Of a DNA stretch of 64,000 bases, positions 1 to 12,300 are shown in pieces (positions within the stretch are counted from its first letter, which is position 1; every line of letters starts with the position of its first letter). The notes below the pieces were generated by a model, which had not been told where the DNA came from, searched no databases, and saw only the letters and a list, made by a program, of their open reading frames with translations. The DNA lies in NCBI GenBank assembly GCA_002269645.1, contig NIVC01003975.1:2957-66956 (forward strand). The letters are read 5' to 3'. The translations under genes and the position numbers were made by a program. The DNA is from Macrostomum lignano (Eukaryota).

Positions 1-471
1 GATTAGGCATTACACTTAAACTATAGTTGACTATTCTTTCTCCTTCCAAGACAGAAAGGTATTTCTCGCAGGCCTGGCTCCTACGAAAGTTTCAAACAGA
101 ATTCCTACAACAATTTGCAAGCAATCGAGATTACATGTAAGCCCATTGCCAAGATTCAAGAAATCAATGTTTTCAGTTTGTAACATATTAGTTGTAACGC
201 TGACGAATGTATGCTTTATATTCTCACAACATTTATCGCATCCAAGTAAGCCTTGGACTAGTTGAAATTACATTGAGCAGTCCTGAAGACGTAAGAGTGC
301 ACTGAGCGACTCGCTCTAGGAAGGAGGAGCACTGAAGTTGCCCCCCCCGAGAGTTTCCCGCAATACTTTAATTTTTACTGCAGTGCAGTTAGCTTCACGC
401 GGATTTTGTCTGCATTGCATTTTGCCCCCAGTTTTTATGAAAATGCTGAAAAATTCCTTAAGTCGGAAAAT

Positions 472-1730
472 TGTTTGACGCTTCATAAGAAAATACAGCT
501 CATACATATAGGAAACCTCTGTTTTGAGTTATTACCACAACCTAGTTATGCTATGGTCAACAATGGTTGTCTGGGCAGAGCCGCATGGTTCAAAGTATAA
601 TTAGTGATTATCTGCTCATCAGTAGCCCTTTAATCGTTGCTACATCGCCAATTTGTTGTTCTTCTCCTGTATTGATCACAAAACTAGCACTGCTTAGATG
701 CAGTTGTCGTGGCTGAAGTGAGCCAATGGCTTCAACGATCCTTTAAAAGCCTTTAACTGGCTGGCCGATGATTTTTCCCTCAAAAGCCACAAGATACGGA
801 CAAGCTGAAGGAATTTCTAATGAAGGAAACAAATACAATCGCATAGTCAAGACTTGGCCTATCGGTACGCTTTCCACCATCTGAAGCAAGAAGCAAGAAG
901 CAAAAGCAAGTTTGTATTTAGCTTTGCCAACATGGAGACTGTCAGAAAGCTTCTGACCGAAAAAAGGAAGGACCTCACTCGGGAGAAGGTGACGTCCGTG
1001 GCCAGTGCATGTGAAGCCGCGACGCCAATGTGAAAGAAAAAATGAAAGAAGTGACGCTTTTCTGATCAATAAAACGGCTCCACAACACAAGCTGGATACA
1101 AGACAGAAAGATCACAAAACATCCACTTTAGTCTCGTCGGAAGTATAACCAACGGAATCAAGGAGACCAAGTAAACTGCTTCTGCTGTGACAGGAACAGA
1201 CACCACAAGGACGTGTGCCGACATCGTTCGAAAATGTGCTTGACCTTTGGAAAGACAGGTCATTTCAAAGCTGCGTGCAGATCAAGTATCTCCAGAACAG
1301 TTGAAGTGGAGTGGAGTTGAGACACTTTGAGGAAGGCACGGAAAGACACTATTGATACTAAAAAGAGAGAAACGTAACTGAAGTATCTGGCAGAACTGAA
1401 TAGACAGAACTGACTGAGATCAGAGTCATCAGAGAGATGATCGCAGTCAGCGCACATGAAATGCAACTGACTGACTGCGCTATTCTACCCCTAGGAAGAC
1501 TAGGTGACACACGAACTATTGCGAACTCTTGGACGGTACCAAGGTCTATTTGGGAGGAGTGTTTGACGCCTTGTAAGAATAAAGAGCTCATATGCTAAGT
1601 TATCCATTTAAGTTATTCCAACGGCCTAGTTAATCTATGGTTAATAATGTGTGAGCAGAGCCGCAGGGCTCAAAATATAATAAGCGTCTGCTCAAGCTAC
1701 ATCACCGCTCAAGCGTATTAGTGATGTAGA
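472..1730 (+). mobile_element. Decayed, internally deleted Ty3/Gypsy-like LTR retrotransposon (gag remnant between two diverged LTRs)
   Basis: Diverged direct repeats start TGTTTGACGC at 472 and 1560 and share further blocks (agttatt..cctagtta..ctatggt..gcagagccgca..tctgctca..gctacatc). Purine tract gggaggag lies just before the 3' copy. Internal fragments read ETVRKLLTEKRKDLTREKVTSVASACEAA (~935-1021) and a double zinc knuckle CFCCDRNRHHKDVCRHRSKMCLTFGKTGHFKAACRS (~1177-1287), typical of Gypsy gag. Stops and frameshifts are present; LTR right ends are approximate. Confidence 0.7.
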
Positions 1731-2551
1731 TATGCACGAGTGTATAAGCACTGGAAAAGCGCTTACATCGGAGTGAAAAAAACAACGACCTCTTCTCGTC
1801 TCGAACAGAGCTATCCAAGCAGACCAGCTCCAGGCTAGCCGATCTCAATGCCCAATAACGAAGCAGTAGAGGTTTGAGGGCCAATCCAGCAGCCTGCATA
1901 TGCGTGACAAAGAAAACTGGCAGCAAATGCTTGGGGAAATTGATGGTTGCCTAGCGCTAAAGCCTTACCCCGCTAAAACAATTCAATTTTTTTATATGGT
2001 GCCTGCGTTATTTTTGACCATAAAATACACTGCCTTAAATAGATACTCAGTTCTGCGAATTTTGAGATGTGAGCCTCACCTCACCTCACCTTTGGAGGCC
2101 AGTGCGTCTGAAAGTCTTTCTGTCTTGTATGCATATAAGATAACAGAAAAATAAAACCTGTTATAAAACCTGATGATAGCTTTTGCTGGAATAGAAGAGT
2201 TTTTGGTAATACGAGTAAGTAGAAACTGGGGGAAGAGGCAAACCTTTAAAGAAAGACTCAATTTTTTACTTTTGGCTCATAATGTACTTCATTTTCATGC
2301 TATAAGAGTAGCGTTTTGAACAACATGCTGGTTACTAGAAGTGGAGTTGACAGTTTTAGATCCGGCAGCACTTAAATCGGCTCTGCTTCCATCGGACTAT
2401 CAGGGTGAATCTCATCACTCTAATAGAGACAGTGTGAAGTTTCTTCGTCGAAAGCTTTTAGAAGCCACTAATCAATGTCTGTCTCTTAATTCGCCTGCTA
2501 ATTTCAGATATTCTTAGACAGACAGGTTAGTACGCTGGTATTGTAGATTTA

Positions 2552-2667
2552 GGGGTAGTACTATAAAGCTGTCGTAGCGTAAGTTCGATCGCACGTCAGA
2601 ACTTTTACACTGCGGAGATCGGACCTAAGAACGATCTTATCTTACGATGGCTTTATAGAACGAGCCC
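2552..2667. mobile_element. Tourist/PIF-Harbinger-like MITE (116 bp)
   Basis: Left end GGGGTAGTACTATAAAGCTGTCGTA versus reverse complement of right end GGGCTCGTTCTATAAAGCCATCGTA; TTA on both flanks (2549-2551, 2668-2670). Confidence 0.65.
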
Positions 2668-5600
2668 TTAGGGTTCTTGATCTTGTAGCTAATTTATGTA
2701 TCAATCTATAAAAATCGCATTGGTATTTTTACTATACTGTTTGCCTTAAATTTACTGTCCTTTCTTCTAAGCAACCGACAAATACAGTTAAATCTTACAT
2801 TTAAAGCATTGTTTTTTATGGTTCGCGCACCCATGCATTGATGGTATTGCTGCATGGCATTGTACCAGGACGCGCAATAAGCGCTATTGTGAAAGCGTGC
2901 TTAAAAGGCTTGTGATCACGTATTGGCTAGTGTAATGTTGTGCACTAGAAATTTAGCTACAAATATCGTGATTACAATATAGCTTTTTGCAGCCCATTTA
3001 GGGCTTACGCCCATTGAATTTAATCCAAGATACGTTTTTTAGTGCTATGGAGTTTTGTCCATGGTAGCTCGTAGGTCGTAGCACAGCGGATATTAATTCG
3101 GTCCAACGAGCATCAATTTAGTCCGTAGCTTCATTTGCAACTGCTGCGGAGGAGCAAGATCAGCCCCAGAATTGTGGACCACATGCTAGGCTGTCGAACT
3201 CGAGCGAATGCCATAATCGGCGCGCTTGACGGAGATGAACACCCAAAGGACATTGCAAGGTTGTTGAATGTAAAAGAAAAGATAGGTTTACAGCATCCAT
3301 CAGCGCGCTTAAACTACTGCCAGCATAAGTCGCCTGCGAAAGGGTAGCAATCGCCAAGGCAAGTTGCTGGAGCCTCAGGTCCAATACTCAATGGAATTGA
3401 GAAACCCTTTGTTGACGCTGTAGAAAATACAGTAGAAGTTAATTAGGAACAGCTCCAGTTGGTTATCAGATTTCGACTATCAGCAGAGCTCTGGAAAAGT
3501 GACTGATAATTGTTGTTAGAGACGCTGAAATTCCAGCGTTACGCGACAACCTACTGACGGTTGCGAGAAGGCAAGAGTTCGCCAAATGGCTCACGGACGT
3601 TTGGACCAAATTGTTGTTGGACCAAATTAAATGCCGCGGTCATCAACGATGGTAATCACGCACTGGAACATGGATGAAGTAATATCATGGATTTGCTCAT
3701 CTGGGAAATGTCTCCCCCCCATCTTGGGTAGTCCCCCGCTTCAATTGCATTGGCTGAGTGAGTCTATAAATACTTTCCTCGTTTCAAAGTTATTGGTTTT
3801 AGCTTATGTTGGGGCCACAGACAATTTGCAGATGAACAATCCATGCATTTCCTTAAACTATGGGCTGTAGGCAGGGATGGGAGGTCACTAGGTGCATTTC
3901 ACTTGGGTGAATTTGGACAATAGCGCGGAGGTTGGGGTGGGTAGGGAATGAGTCATCGGGGGGGACCTGAGTATCGGGTATCGCTGGTTGGGATCGGGCA
4001 TGGACGGCGCATTGGGAAAAAAGACATTTAAACTTTTGTAAACAACTGTACATTGATTTGAGCAATCCTGGACCTGCGGAGCTTTCAGCGGTAATGCTAA
4101 TCAGCCTTAAAGTGTTCGTTCCTACCGCCATCGAGCTAGCTTTATTACATCAGAGTTGTGTGATTTGATAGCGATGGCTTATCAATTTTGGGAAGCAAAC
4201 ATCCGAAATCCGGACGACTCTGATGACGGCAGAGGACGAGAGGACACGGCAGAAGATGCAGCGACAATGCAGCTGCTGTACAAAAGCAGTTTAAGGATTT
4301 TGGAGCAGCCGACCTTACCCAGGAGGGTCGACTTTCAAATCGAAAGCAAGTCGTCTGTAGATCCAGCTGTACGTAAGCAACTCAGGTACTGTTTGGCACG
4401 CTGCTACGTTATTATTATGCATATCTACTGTTTTTTTCAGGTGCACTTTACTTCTTTTAATTCCCCATTTAAGGTTTGTAATAGCGCCGGGTGCTTTATT
4501 CATTACTAGGCATTAGACTCATTTTTATCAATGCTCTGCATCATTAAATTGTATTTGTCAAAATGTTTTGGCTTAAGATCTACGAGTAATCTGATCGACC
4601 CTTGCTAGATCATTTGGTCCATTTGGCCAAGTTCCCTTATTTACTGCTTTGTGGTCCCTGTGTGTGTGTTTTCAGCGCGTCATTGATAACATGCGTGTTT
4701 AGTGATAACCGAAATCATTGGTCAATATCATAAATTCACACTGATTTATACGAGCGTACAGCTTAAATCGACTTAGATACAACAGATGCGATTCAGGATA
4801 GTACTCAACACAAATCCACTTACACTCTACTGTACTGACGTTGAGTTTTAGGCCAGTCTCTGTGAGTCCGGTCTATGATATCCGTATGCGCGGAGAGCTC
4901 TCGTGCACTCTAGGAGGATCGACTCGTATGACTATCGCGACCCCATTGTTCGATTCCGTGTGCGCCCACATTGATCTGGGGCTGTCGTGCAGTTCACAGC
5001 CGTGAGGGCCAACCCCCAAGGCTCAGAGAGTGTACATGCCTGACGATTAGACAGTCAAAGGGCAGTCGAATGGGCGGAATTGCCTCAGGAAGAAATTATG
5101 AAACGATATCACCGAAGGCGTCCTGCAATTTTTTGTATTTCCTAACAGCTTTTCCCAAGCGCCCAGCCAACTCCAACCCTCTATCTGTCCGTGCAGCTCA
5201 AGAGCTAGAGTGTTGCTCAGTGCATCTTTTAGTTAAAATTGGTTTGACCAAATTGAGTTGGGCCGTACGCGCGTTCCTCGCCAATAAGGCTGACAATATC
5301 AGTAGGCAATTTCATTTTTAATATATTTGATTTGATTTCGATCATGGCGTATCCGGCTTTAAAAGCTTTTTAAACTTGGGGTTGAATTGACTACAGCGGG
5401 GATAGGGATCTATCAATAATATACGACTCGTATATACTTACTCGTAGTAAGGCTCGTGTGTAAGCCTTCACTCGCCACTCCATCAGCAACCACAAATGAA
5501 AGTCGCAGATCTAATCTTCTTTTTCGTGCTTTAATATTGAGTAAAATTTTTACCAGTTCGACCCTATTTCGTACAGACCATATTTCACAGTCGTTTGATT

Positions 5601-6316
5601 TGCTAGATAGAAGAGCAGCTAATCAAGCATCGGGGACTACGACTGTGGATGCACTCTACAAAACAGGGGGTGCTTTTTCTCTAAATGCAACGTCGAGATA
5701 AATTTTCAGCTGTTTAGCACTAAAAATTCACAATATCTTATCTTCAAGACTTCCGAATTGGAAACAGAGCACGCATCGTACTAATATCGAATTATATCGA
5801 ATTTGCAAGAAAATGTACTCTTAGGCTTACTTTTTGGCGATATACGGTACTTGTAGATAGTCACTACCCAGCTAAGTGAACTAAACAGCTTATTATTGCT
5901 GAAAAATTTTGATTTATATTTATATAGAAGACTCGCGAAAAATGAAGTAAACATAGTGAAGAATATTTAAATTATTAGCACAAGAAAAGCTGCATAAATT
6001 TAGTAAAAACTACCGGATAGATTTGTTCTCAAGCTATTAATTTGGGCAGTGCAGTCGCAATTGACTTATGGTTTGGTTTTTTCACACGAAAGGAACAAGC
6101 ACTAAAATTGAATTTGAATGACAATGCTACAAATAGAGATTAAGGAACGCACCGTAAAATATTTATTAGTGTTAATATTTGAGTCTTTAAGTCTTCGACT
6201 TTGTATTGATTTAGCAAAAATGTTTTTTTGACGTGAGGTGGAAAGTCATTGGTCAGTATACAGTATAGTCGTCTTCTGCGTTAATGGAATTCTCTATTGT
6301 CAGCACGTCTCGCAGT

Positions 6317-8134
6317 TTAGCTTCTGTGGTTGAGCCTGATTGACAGATAGGTTAGCAGAGCCAAAAACAGAACAAACCCCAGGCAGCTGCACACAACGAT
6401 GATGATCAGCAGGTGCTCGGAGGTCAACCCGCTTTTTTGGAGAATCGGCGCAGCCGGCAGCGCCTCGATGAGTTTCGTTGGAGCTGGAGCATTCAACAAA
6501 TTGATCTCCTGCTCGCAGAAGCGCTGTCCATACAGAGTACGGGCGATTGTTTCGTGATTAGATGACGGTACCATGCCCAAAGCCATGGCTTCAGCCATCT
6601 GTCTCGACCTTGTCGGGTCGTAGCAAGCATTTAAGGGCCACAGAGTGAAGTTCAGGTAGTTTCGACAAGCTGGATCGCATCCAGTCCGAGCAAAGCAGTT
6701 GTTGGCGGCCATTTCCGACATCACTCGATTCGGCATTTCTCCACTCCTCATCGACGTGATGTTACAGTCTCGTTCCACATGCGGAACTATGTTGCTTGCA
6801 ACCCAGCACAAGTTGATTGCAGCTATAGCCATACACTGGGTCAGTCTCTCTGACGCAGGAACCCTGGCCTTATTTGGATACAACCACAGAAATGACAGGC
6901 ACATTTCGTCATTTTTAGCGGCTCCAGAAAATACCGTCCGGTCATTCTTCAGTGTGGTAAAGTAGCACTCTGTTTTCAATTCATCTCCGGGTTGATACTC
7001 AACCGTTTGGTTCAAGAAAATAACTTTTGGAGAGTTGTAACTGTATTCCTGGAGCGGCCAGATGTCCCTCACTAAAGTTTCATTCCTCCAGAGAGAAATG
7101 CGTCCTCTAATACCGTTGGTGTGCATGTAGATGCCTACTCCTGTGATGTAGCGAGTCTCAGTGTGGTACCGGTTAGTGCACACCGAAGGGCACGTGTGGT
7201 TCACGCTGATCAACGGCTGTCGCGGTGGGAGAACGAGATTTCCCTCGCCATACATCACAGTTCCCAAGTCGGATGGTCGCAGGTTTTGTGTAAAGTAGAG
7301 AGCGAAGCCAGAAGCGTCGGTGTAGCCTGAATGCCTCGCCGGGTTGTTCCAGTGAAGCTGCAAAACTCCGTACCGAAAGCCATCACCGCCGATTCGGAAC
7401 CCCGCGTTGCTATTGATGCACTCGCCTTCGAGTCCGTAGGCCCAAAGGTTCATCATCTGGGTGCAGTTTCTGTGGCCCATTAAACACTGCCGTGGATTAT
7501 CGAACAGCGTCTGTTCTGGCTTGACACTGCAGGCGTACATAATCATGTGGTGCATGACGTTCTTGTTGTCGATGATCGGCCTCGATCCGATCAGGTGAAC
7601 CGGAGAGGCAGTGTTGTTCAGCTCGAACGCCTGACAGACGTATGTCGTCTCAGTGGCGGGCACGGGAGTCGGTTTGAGGGTGAAGTTTCTCACGAAAACA
7701 CCGGGCTCTTCGAATGCTGGACAGCTGAAGGCCTTCGGACACACGGTCCACGAGTTCTTGCACGTCGCGGAGTCGAGCGGGCAGATGCCAGGGTGGGACA
7801 GTCCAGTCGTTCGCGCCGGAGCCGCACCGACCTTCCACACGCAGTCGGGGTCTCCGAGCTCTTGGCCGTTCGTGATTCCGTCGCCGTCCGAGTCCTTGCG
7901 GCACAGGTCGATTGTCCAGCTGAAGCTGGCGGCCTTGAAGTCCAAGCCGAAGGGATTTATAGCGTCAGCACCGGCGGGACTCTGGTGTCCGAGTCCGACC
8001 CAGATGTCGCCTTGCTGGCACGGATTCGGGACCCGGTCGCCGTTCGGTATTCGGGACTGGAACATTCTGTACGCGTGAGAGCAGCTGAGCAGTGCGGCCA
8101 GAGCCGCATATATTATCAGCGCATTTTTTGTCAT
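6317..8134 (-). CDS. Copper type II ascorbate-dependent monooxygenase (DBH/MOXD1-like) with N-terminal temptin-like domain, signal peptide and C-terminal TM helix; intronless, 605 aa
   Basis: Signal peptide MTKNALIIYAALAALLSCSHA; temptin-like segment (RIPNGDRVPNPC...NPFGLDF...W..DLCRKDSDGDGITNGQELGDPDCVW); CuH ligands MHHM and QLHWNNP; CuM region YMHTNG and DEMC; hydrophobic tail LLIIIVVCSCLGFVLFLALLTYL. No DOMON domain is evident. Confidence 0.9.
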   Translation of the reverse strand: MTKNALIIYAALAALLSCSHAYRMFQSRIPNGDRVPNPCQQGDIWVGLGHQSPAGADAINPFGLDFKAASFSWTIDLCRKDSDGDGITNGQELGDPDCVWKVGAAPARTTGLSHPGICPLDSATCKNSWTVCPKAFSCPAFEEPGVFVRNFTLKPTPVPATETTYVCQAFELNNTASPVHLIGSRPIIDNKNVMHHMIMYACSVKPEQTLFDNPRQCLMGHRNCTQMMNLWAYGLEGECINSNAGFRIGGDGFRYGVLQLHWNNPARHSGYTDASGFALYFTQNLRPSDLGTVMYGEGNLVLPPRQPLISVNHTCPSVCTNRYHTETRYITGVGIYMHTNGIRGRISLWRNETLVRDIWPLQEYSYNSPKVIFLNQTVEYQPGDELKTECYFTTLKNDRTVFSGAAKNDEMCLSFLWLYPNKARVPASERLTQCMAIAAINLCWVASNIVPHVERDCNITSMRSGEMPNRVMSEMAANNCFARTGCDPACRNYLNFTLWPLNACYDPTRSRQMAEAMALGMVPSSNHETIARTLYGQRFCEQEINLLNAPAPTKLIEALPAAPILQKSGLTSEHLLIIIVVCSCLGFVLFLALLTYLSIRLNHRS

Positions 8135-10278
8135 TATTTCTGCGCTATTGCAAGTTAAACTAAAATTGTATTGAGCTAATTAATGCATTAAATACTTATG
8201 TCAAGATTTAGAGAGAAAGGCATGTGCAGAGCTCTACGTGAAGACCACTGTGAGAAATTAGTAAATTTAGTATACAACGTGCGTAGGCTTTAAGCGGGCA
8301 ATTATAAGTAATAATAGTGTGCACAATGAAACGTGCGCAATTTAATTAGATTACGCGGATAATTACGCGGTTAATTAACAAAATTCAGCATCAAATGACC
8401 AGCGGGGCATCACGCTAACAGTGCAGTCAACAATAAGAGAATATAGGGCATGGTGCATCATTCCAGTGGCAGTTGGCAGATCCGGCTTCAAAAATCTTCA
8501 AAGCAACTAGCAACGAATCGTTTCACCATGAATTCTTTGGTTACCACCTCTACCGTTATGCTTAAAGTAACTTGCCTGACACAGGGCATTAGCGTTTACA
8601 CTATTCTTGATTTCAAAAGTAAGTCCAGTACAGTATTGGACTACTGAGCATTTGAAATTTTACTGCCAACTTGACTGATTAAGCATTAGGATTTAAACTA
8701 GAGTTAGAATTGTGGTGGTAGTAAGAAAATCTATGTTAGGGTTGTGGCCCGGCAGTTGTGTGACCAAACTGTCGAATTCAGCATTTTTGTCGAATTCAGC
8801 AGTCAAAAATAAAAAAGGCAGTCAAATGACATGGAGTCGTCGATAGGTCCCTATCCCAGCTATAGTCAGCCTAAGCCAATTTCGAAATTGCTCGCTCGTA
8901 TCCCATTGGCGGTTCCCATTGGGCGGCAAAAGCACGGACGAACTGAAATTGGAGCGCATGACTTCTTTGGCTCGCAATTGAGGCACTGAACTGCACAGAC
9001 ATATGGAGGGCAATCGAGAAGGGTTGGGTGGTAGGGTAGTTTGGGCGTTAGTAGGGAAGCGCTGTTAGCTCCTCTGACTTACTGTCTTACAATATACCCC
9101 GGGAGGCTATTGGAGAACTTTGTGCACATAAAGATATTATATACCAGGCGAAATAACTGAGCACAAGTGGCGGACGGATCCACTCAACGTCAGCACAGGA
9201 GAGTGGGTAGCTAATTTCTAGTTCGCCTCCGAATCGAGACTGTCGCTTGATAACTAAAAATTGGTTATACCAAAATAACCCATTGGTAACATATATCCAT
9301 ATATTAAAAATTATAAGCTAATATTGTAATATTCACTGAAAGGGGGAATAAACTTTCAGCAGAATTTGCGGTAAGTTCTTTATTTACTTTTTATCATACG
9401 TGGATCGGTTTTGACCGCAAAATAAAGTAGTTTCTGCATACGATATTGCAAAGGTAGATTTAAACGTACAAGATATCGTTACATACAAAAGAATGATAAA
9501 AAGCATCAAAAGATACGAGTATACATGCAGCCGAACTATGTAAATTACGAGTGTATATACATGTACAGGCAAAAGTTTAGGTCAAAGACCGAATGATCTA
9601 CAACATTAGTTCGTTCAATGACCAACGTCATACACCAAGAATCAAGGTAATAGACCATAGACTAAACTACGCTTGTAGTTGCCATATACCGCAGACCCAG
9701 GGTCTTGGACATAGACAATTGTTTGTTTCAGTCATGTTGATAAAATAGCCAGTCAATTTGATAATCCCATTTCGCTGCAACAACAGTCTACTGCTACAGA
9801 ACTGCACTTGACCATAGACAATACACACAATAAAGCAAATTGATTGGAAGATTTCGTTAAAAATCACTAATTTTAGAAATCAAGTTGCGTAGCCAGAATT
9901 TATGCTGTGACATTTTTTATTTCATTGTCTTTTTAGTCATTAAATTGCCGATGCATTTATGGAATCACAAAGGAAAAAATTCATAAAAATGAAGCTCAGT
10001 CATGTAACTGCTCTTATCAATTAGAAAAATCTGCCAGTGGAGTCGCTGAATGGCGTAATAATTGCCCTTTTAACTCGTCATTGTGTCCGGGTAAAAGTTC
10101 TTTACAATGCCAGCCTTTGCGATTTGAAACTTATCTGAACTTTACTATTGACGCTTTAATAAGTTACATATTGTCGAAAGCTCTCTGGTCATTGATGTTT
10201 GAACAGTATATTGCTCTCTCTTCACAGATCATCGCCCTCAACTCGAGGACCTTGCTACAGCGGCTACAAATATACGCG

Positions 10279-11391
10279 ATGTTACTTTCAACCCTGTCAA
10301 AGGGTCTCCTTCGGCCAGGAACAGTGATAGCCGTTGCCGTGGTAATGCTCCTGAGCCTGTACTTGTTCAGCCAATTTCACCAATGCTGCAATGGCGATCC
10401 CCAGCTACTGGGCAGCTCGTTGTGGGGCATTGACAGCGATTCGAAACTGATAGAGCCAACCGTCAGCGACGCTTGTTACCATAGTAACCTGCTGAATCGT
10501 CTAGCAGAGGTGACCGCAGATCAGGCTGAAGTGCGCAGACAGCTGCCAATCAAGCCGGGCTTCTACGCTACGCTGGAAACGCCAGTCGACCTGGCCAATC
10601 TGACGTCAGAGTCGTGCGCCAACGCTGTTGCGCCAATAACTGTCAACAGAATTTTGAATGATTCCAACTGCTTCAGGCATTTCGCCAACTCAAGAGACAT
10701 GGCCGAGGTGTACAGGCAGCTGGGCCACCTGTTCTCCAATTTCACCAGTAGGGGCTTGGAACTTTTCCTACTTGATGGTAGCTTGATCGGCTCGGTGCGG
10801 CACTTCGGCCTGGTGCCGTGGGACGACGATTTCGACTTCGGCATCAGAGTGGATCAGAAGTCGCAGGTTCGCTACCTACTCGAGGAGCTTTCTAAAAGCT
10901 CGACGTATTTATTTCTGGACACCGAGGCGCTGAACATGCACTGGAAGCTCGGGATCCGGTGCGAATTGGTGAACGGCACCAAGTCCTGCCTACTTGCTGT
11001 CGACCTGTTTCTAATCCGAAACTCCGGTCGCTGGTTTATCCGACTGGAACAGCCCAGGGTATTTTCTATTGAGGATGTCTATCCGCTCAGCTGGAGGCCT
11101 TTCGGCCCCGGTCTGCTGCTGCCCTCCCCAAGGCGGCCTCTGCGCTTTCTCAGGCGGCAGTACAAATCCGACGTGATGCGGCAGTGCCACTATCAGCCTC
11201 ACACCAGCACCGGGTGCTCGAAGCCCACCATGACGTGTCAGGCCATTCGAGCTCTTGGCCGGCATCCGTTCGTTGAGTTCGTCCGCTTGCCGGCACCCTC
11301 GACAGGCTGGCCAGGAGAGAAGAACATCACTTTGGAGCTGTTGCTATGGAAACGGTATTTGATTTCAGTGTTTCTGCCTTACGGCGACTGA
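10279..11391 (+). CDS. LicD/fukutin-related nucleotidyltransferase-fold protein, type II membrane anchored; intronless
   Basis: Motif LFLLDGSLIGSVRHFGLVPWDDDFDFGI matches the LicD family GSLLGAxRHxGxIPWDDDxD. N-terminal TM VIAVAVVMLLSLYLF. First plausible ATG is 10279 (ORF track starts at TTG 10081). Confidence 0.85.
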   Translation: MLLSTLSKGLLRPGTVIAVAVVMLLSLYLFSQFHQCCNGDPQLLGSSLWGIDSDSKLIEPTVSDACYHSNLLNRLAEVTADQAEVRRQLPIKPGFYATLETPVDLANLTSESCANAVAPITVNRILNDSNCFRHFANSRDMAEVYRQLGHLFSNFTSRGLELFLLDGSLIGSVRHFGLVPWDDDFDFGIRVDQKSQVRYLLEELSKSSTYLFLDTEALNMHWKLGIRCELVNGTKSCLLAVDLFLIRNSGRWFIRLEQPRVFSIEDVYPLSWRPFGPGLLLPSPRRPLRFLRRQYKSDVMRQCHYQPHTSTGCSKPTMTCQAIRALGRHPFVEFVRLPAPSTGWPGEKNITLELLLWKRYLISVFLPYGD

Positions 11392-11864
11392 TGCGGGCTT
11401 TTAGGAGTTTTGCGTTGGACAAATTCTTCAGGTTTATTTCTAATAATTTGCTATAAAGTTGTAATTAAATTGCTTTTCCTTGAGGAATTTTAATGCTGTT
11501 CTTTTCTGTTATTTTCTTTTTATTTGTTTCATCAGCTGAATCAGTTTTGCCTTGCACTCACTAGTTGTATAAGTTTCATTGTTTTTAGTGCACTTTTGAC
11601 AGACGACCTGTTTTCCTTGAAAAAAAGTACTTTATTTCATTCATGTACTCCTATTGCAATTGAAACTGGCTTTGAAATGTTGCAAAATACTTCACTCTGT
11701 TCCTATGGGCGACAATGTTTAGTATTTAATAAACATAATCTGCGAGACTAGTTCAATTGTGTAAAATAATAATTAATAATTTCCTTTTCTAATATCTCAG
11801 CATCAAACAAAGCCAGAATTTGTCATTTGAAGGCAGAGTTTTACCACTTTATTTTACTTTTAGT

Positions 11865-12300
11865 GAGACAGGGCGCCCGCCACGAGACAGGGGCGACAAC
11901 CAAGAGACAGGAGTGCCCATCCAAGATACAAGGGGCACCCAGCAAGAGACAGGGGCGCCCACCAAGAGACAGGGGGCACCCACCAAGAGACAGGGGCGCC
12001 CACCAAGAGACAGGGGGCGCCCAACAAGAGACAGGGGCGCGCACTAAGAGACAGGGGCGCCCAACAAGAGACAGGGGCGCCCAACAAGAGACAGGGGCGC
12101 CCACCAAGAGACAGGGGCGCCCACCAAGAGACAGGGGCGCCCACCAAGAGACAGGGGGCGCCCAACAAGAGACAGGGACGCCCACCAAGAGACAGGGGCG
12201 CCCAACAAGAGACAGGGGCGCCCACCAAGAGACAGGGGCGCCCACTAAGAGACAGGGGGCCCATCAAGAGGCAGGGGTGACAACCAAGAGACTACCTAGA
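11865..12300. repeat. ~20-bp GC-rich minisatellite (CCAAGAGACAGGGGCGCCCA)
   Basis: About 20 degenerate tandem units, intergenic between the LicD-like gene and PiT. Confidence 0.95.

Noticed and set aside
1750-5700. Short ORFs and GC-richer patches (for example 2320-2510, 3135-3384, 4156-4509)
   Set aside because: No recognisable motifs or consistent splice path; probably decayed repeats, left unannotated.
10081-10278. ORF-track N-terminal extension of the LicD protein
   Set aside because: It starts at TTG, is AT-rich and would displace the signal anchor; ATG 10279 is preferred, with ATG 10195 as an alternative.
10279-11391. Horizontal transfer of LicD from bacteria
   Set aside because: Lack of introns is not enough; the type II anchor plus stem is eukaryote-like and GC content resembles neighbouring exons. 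A phylogeny would be needed.
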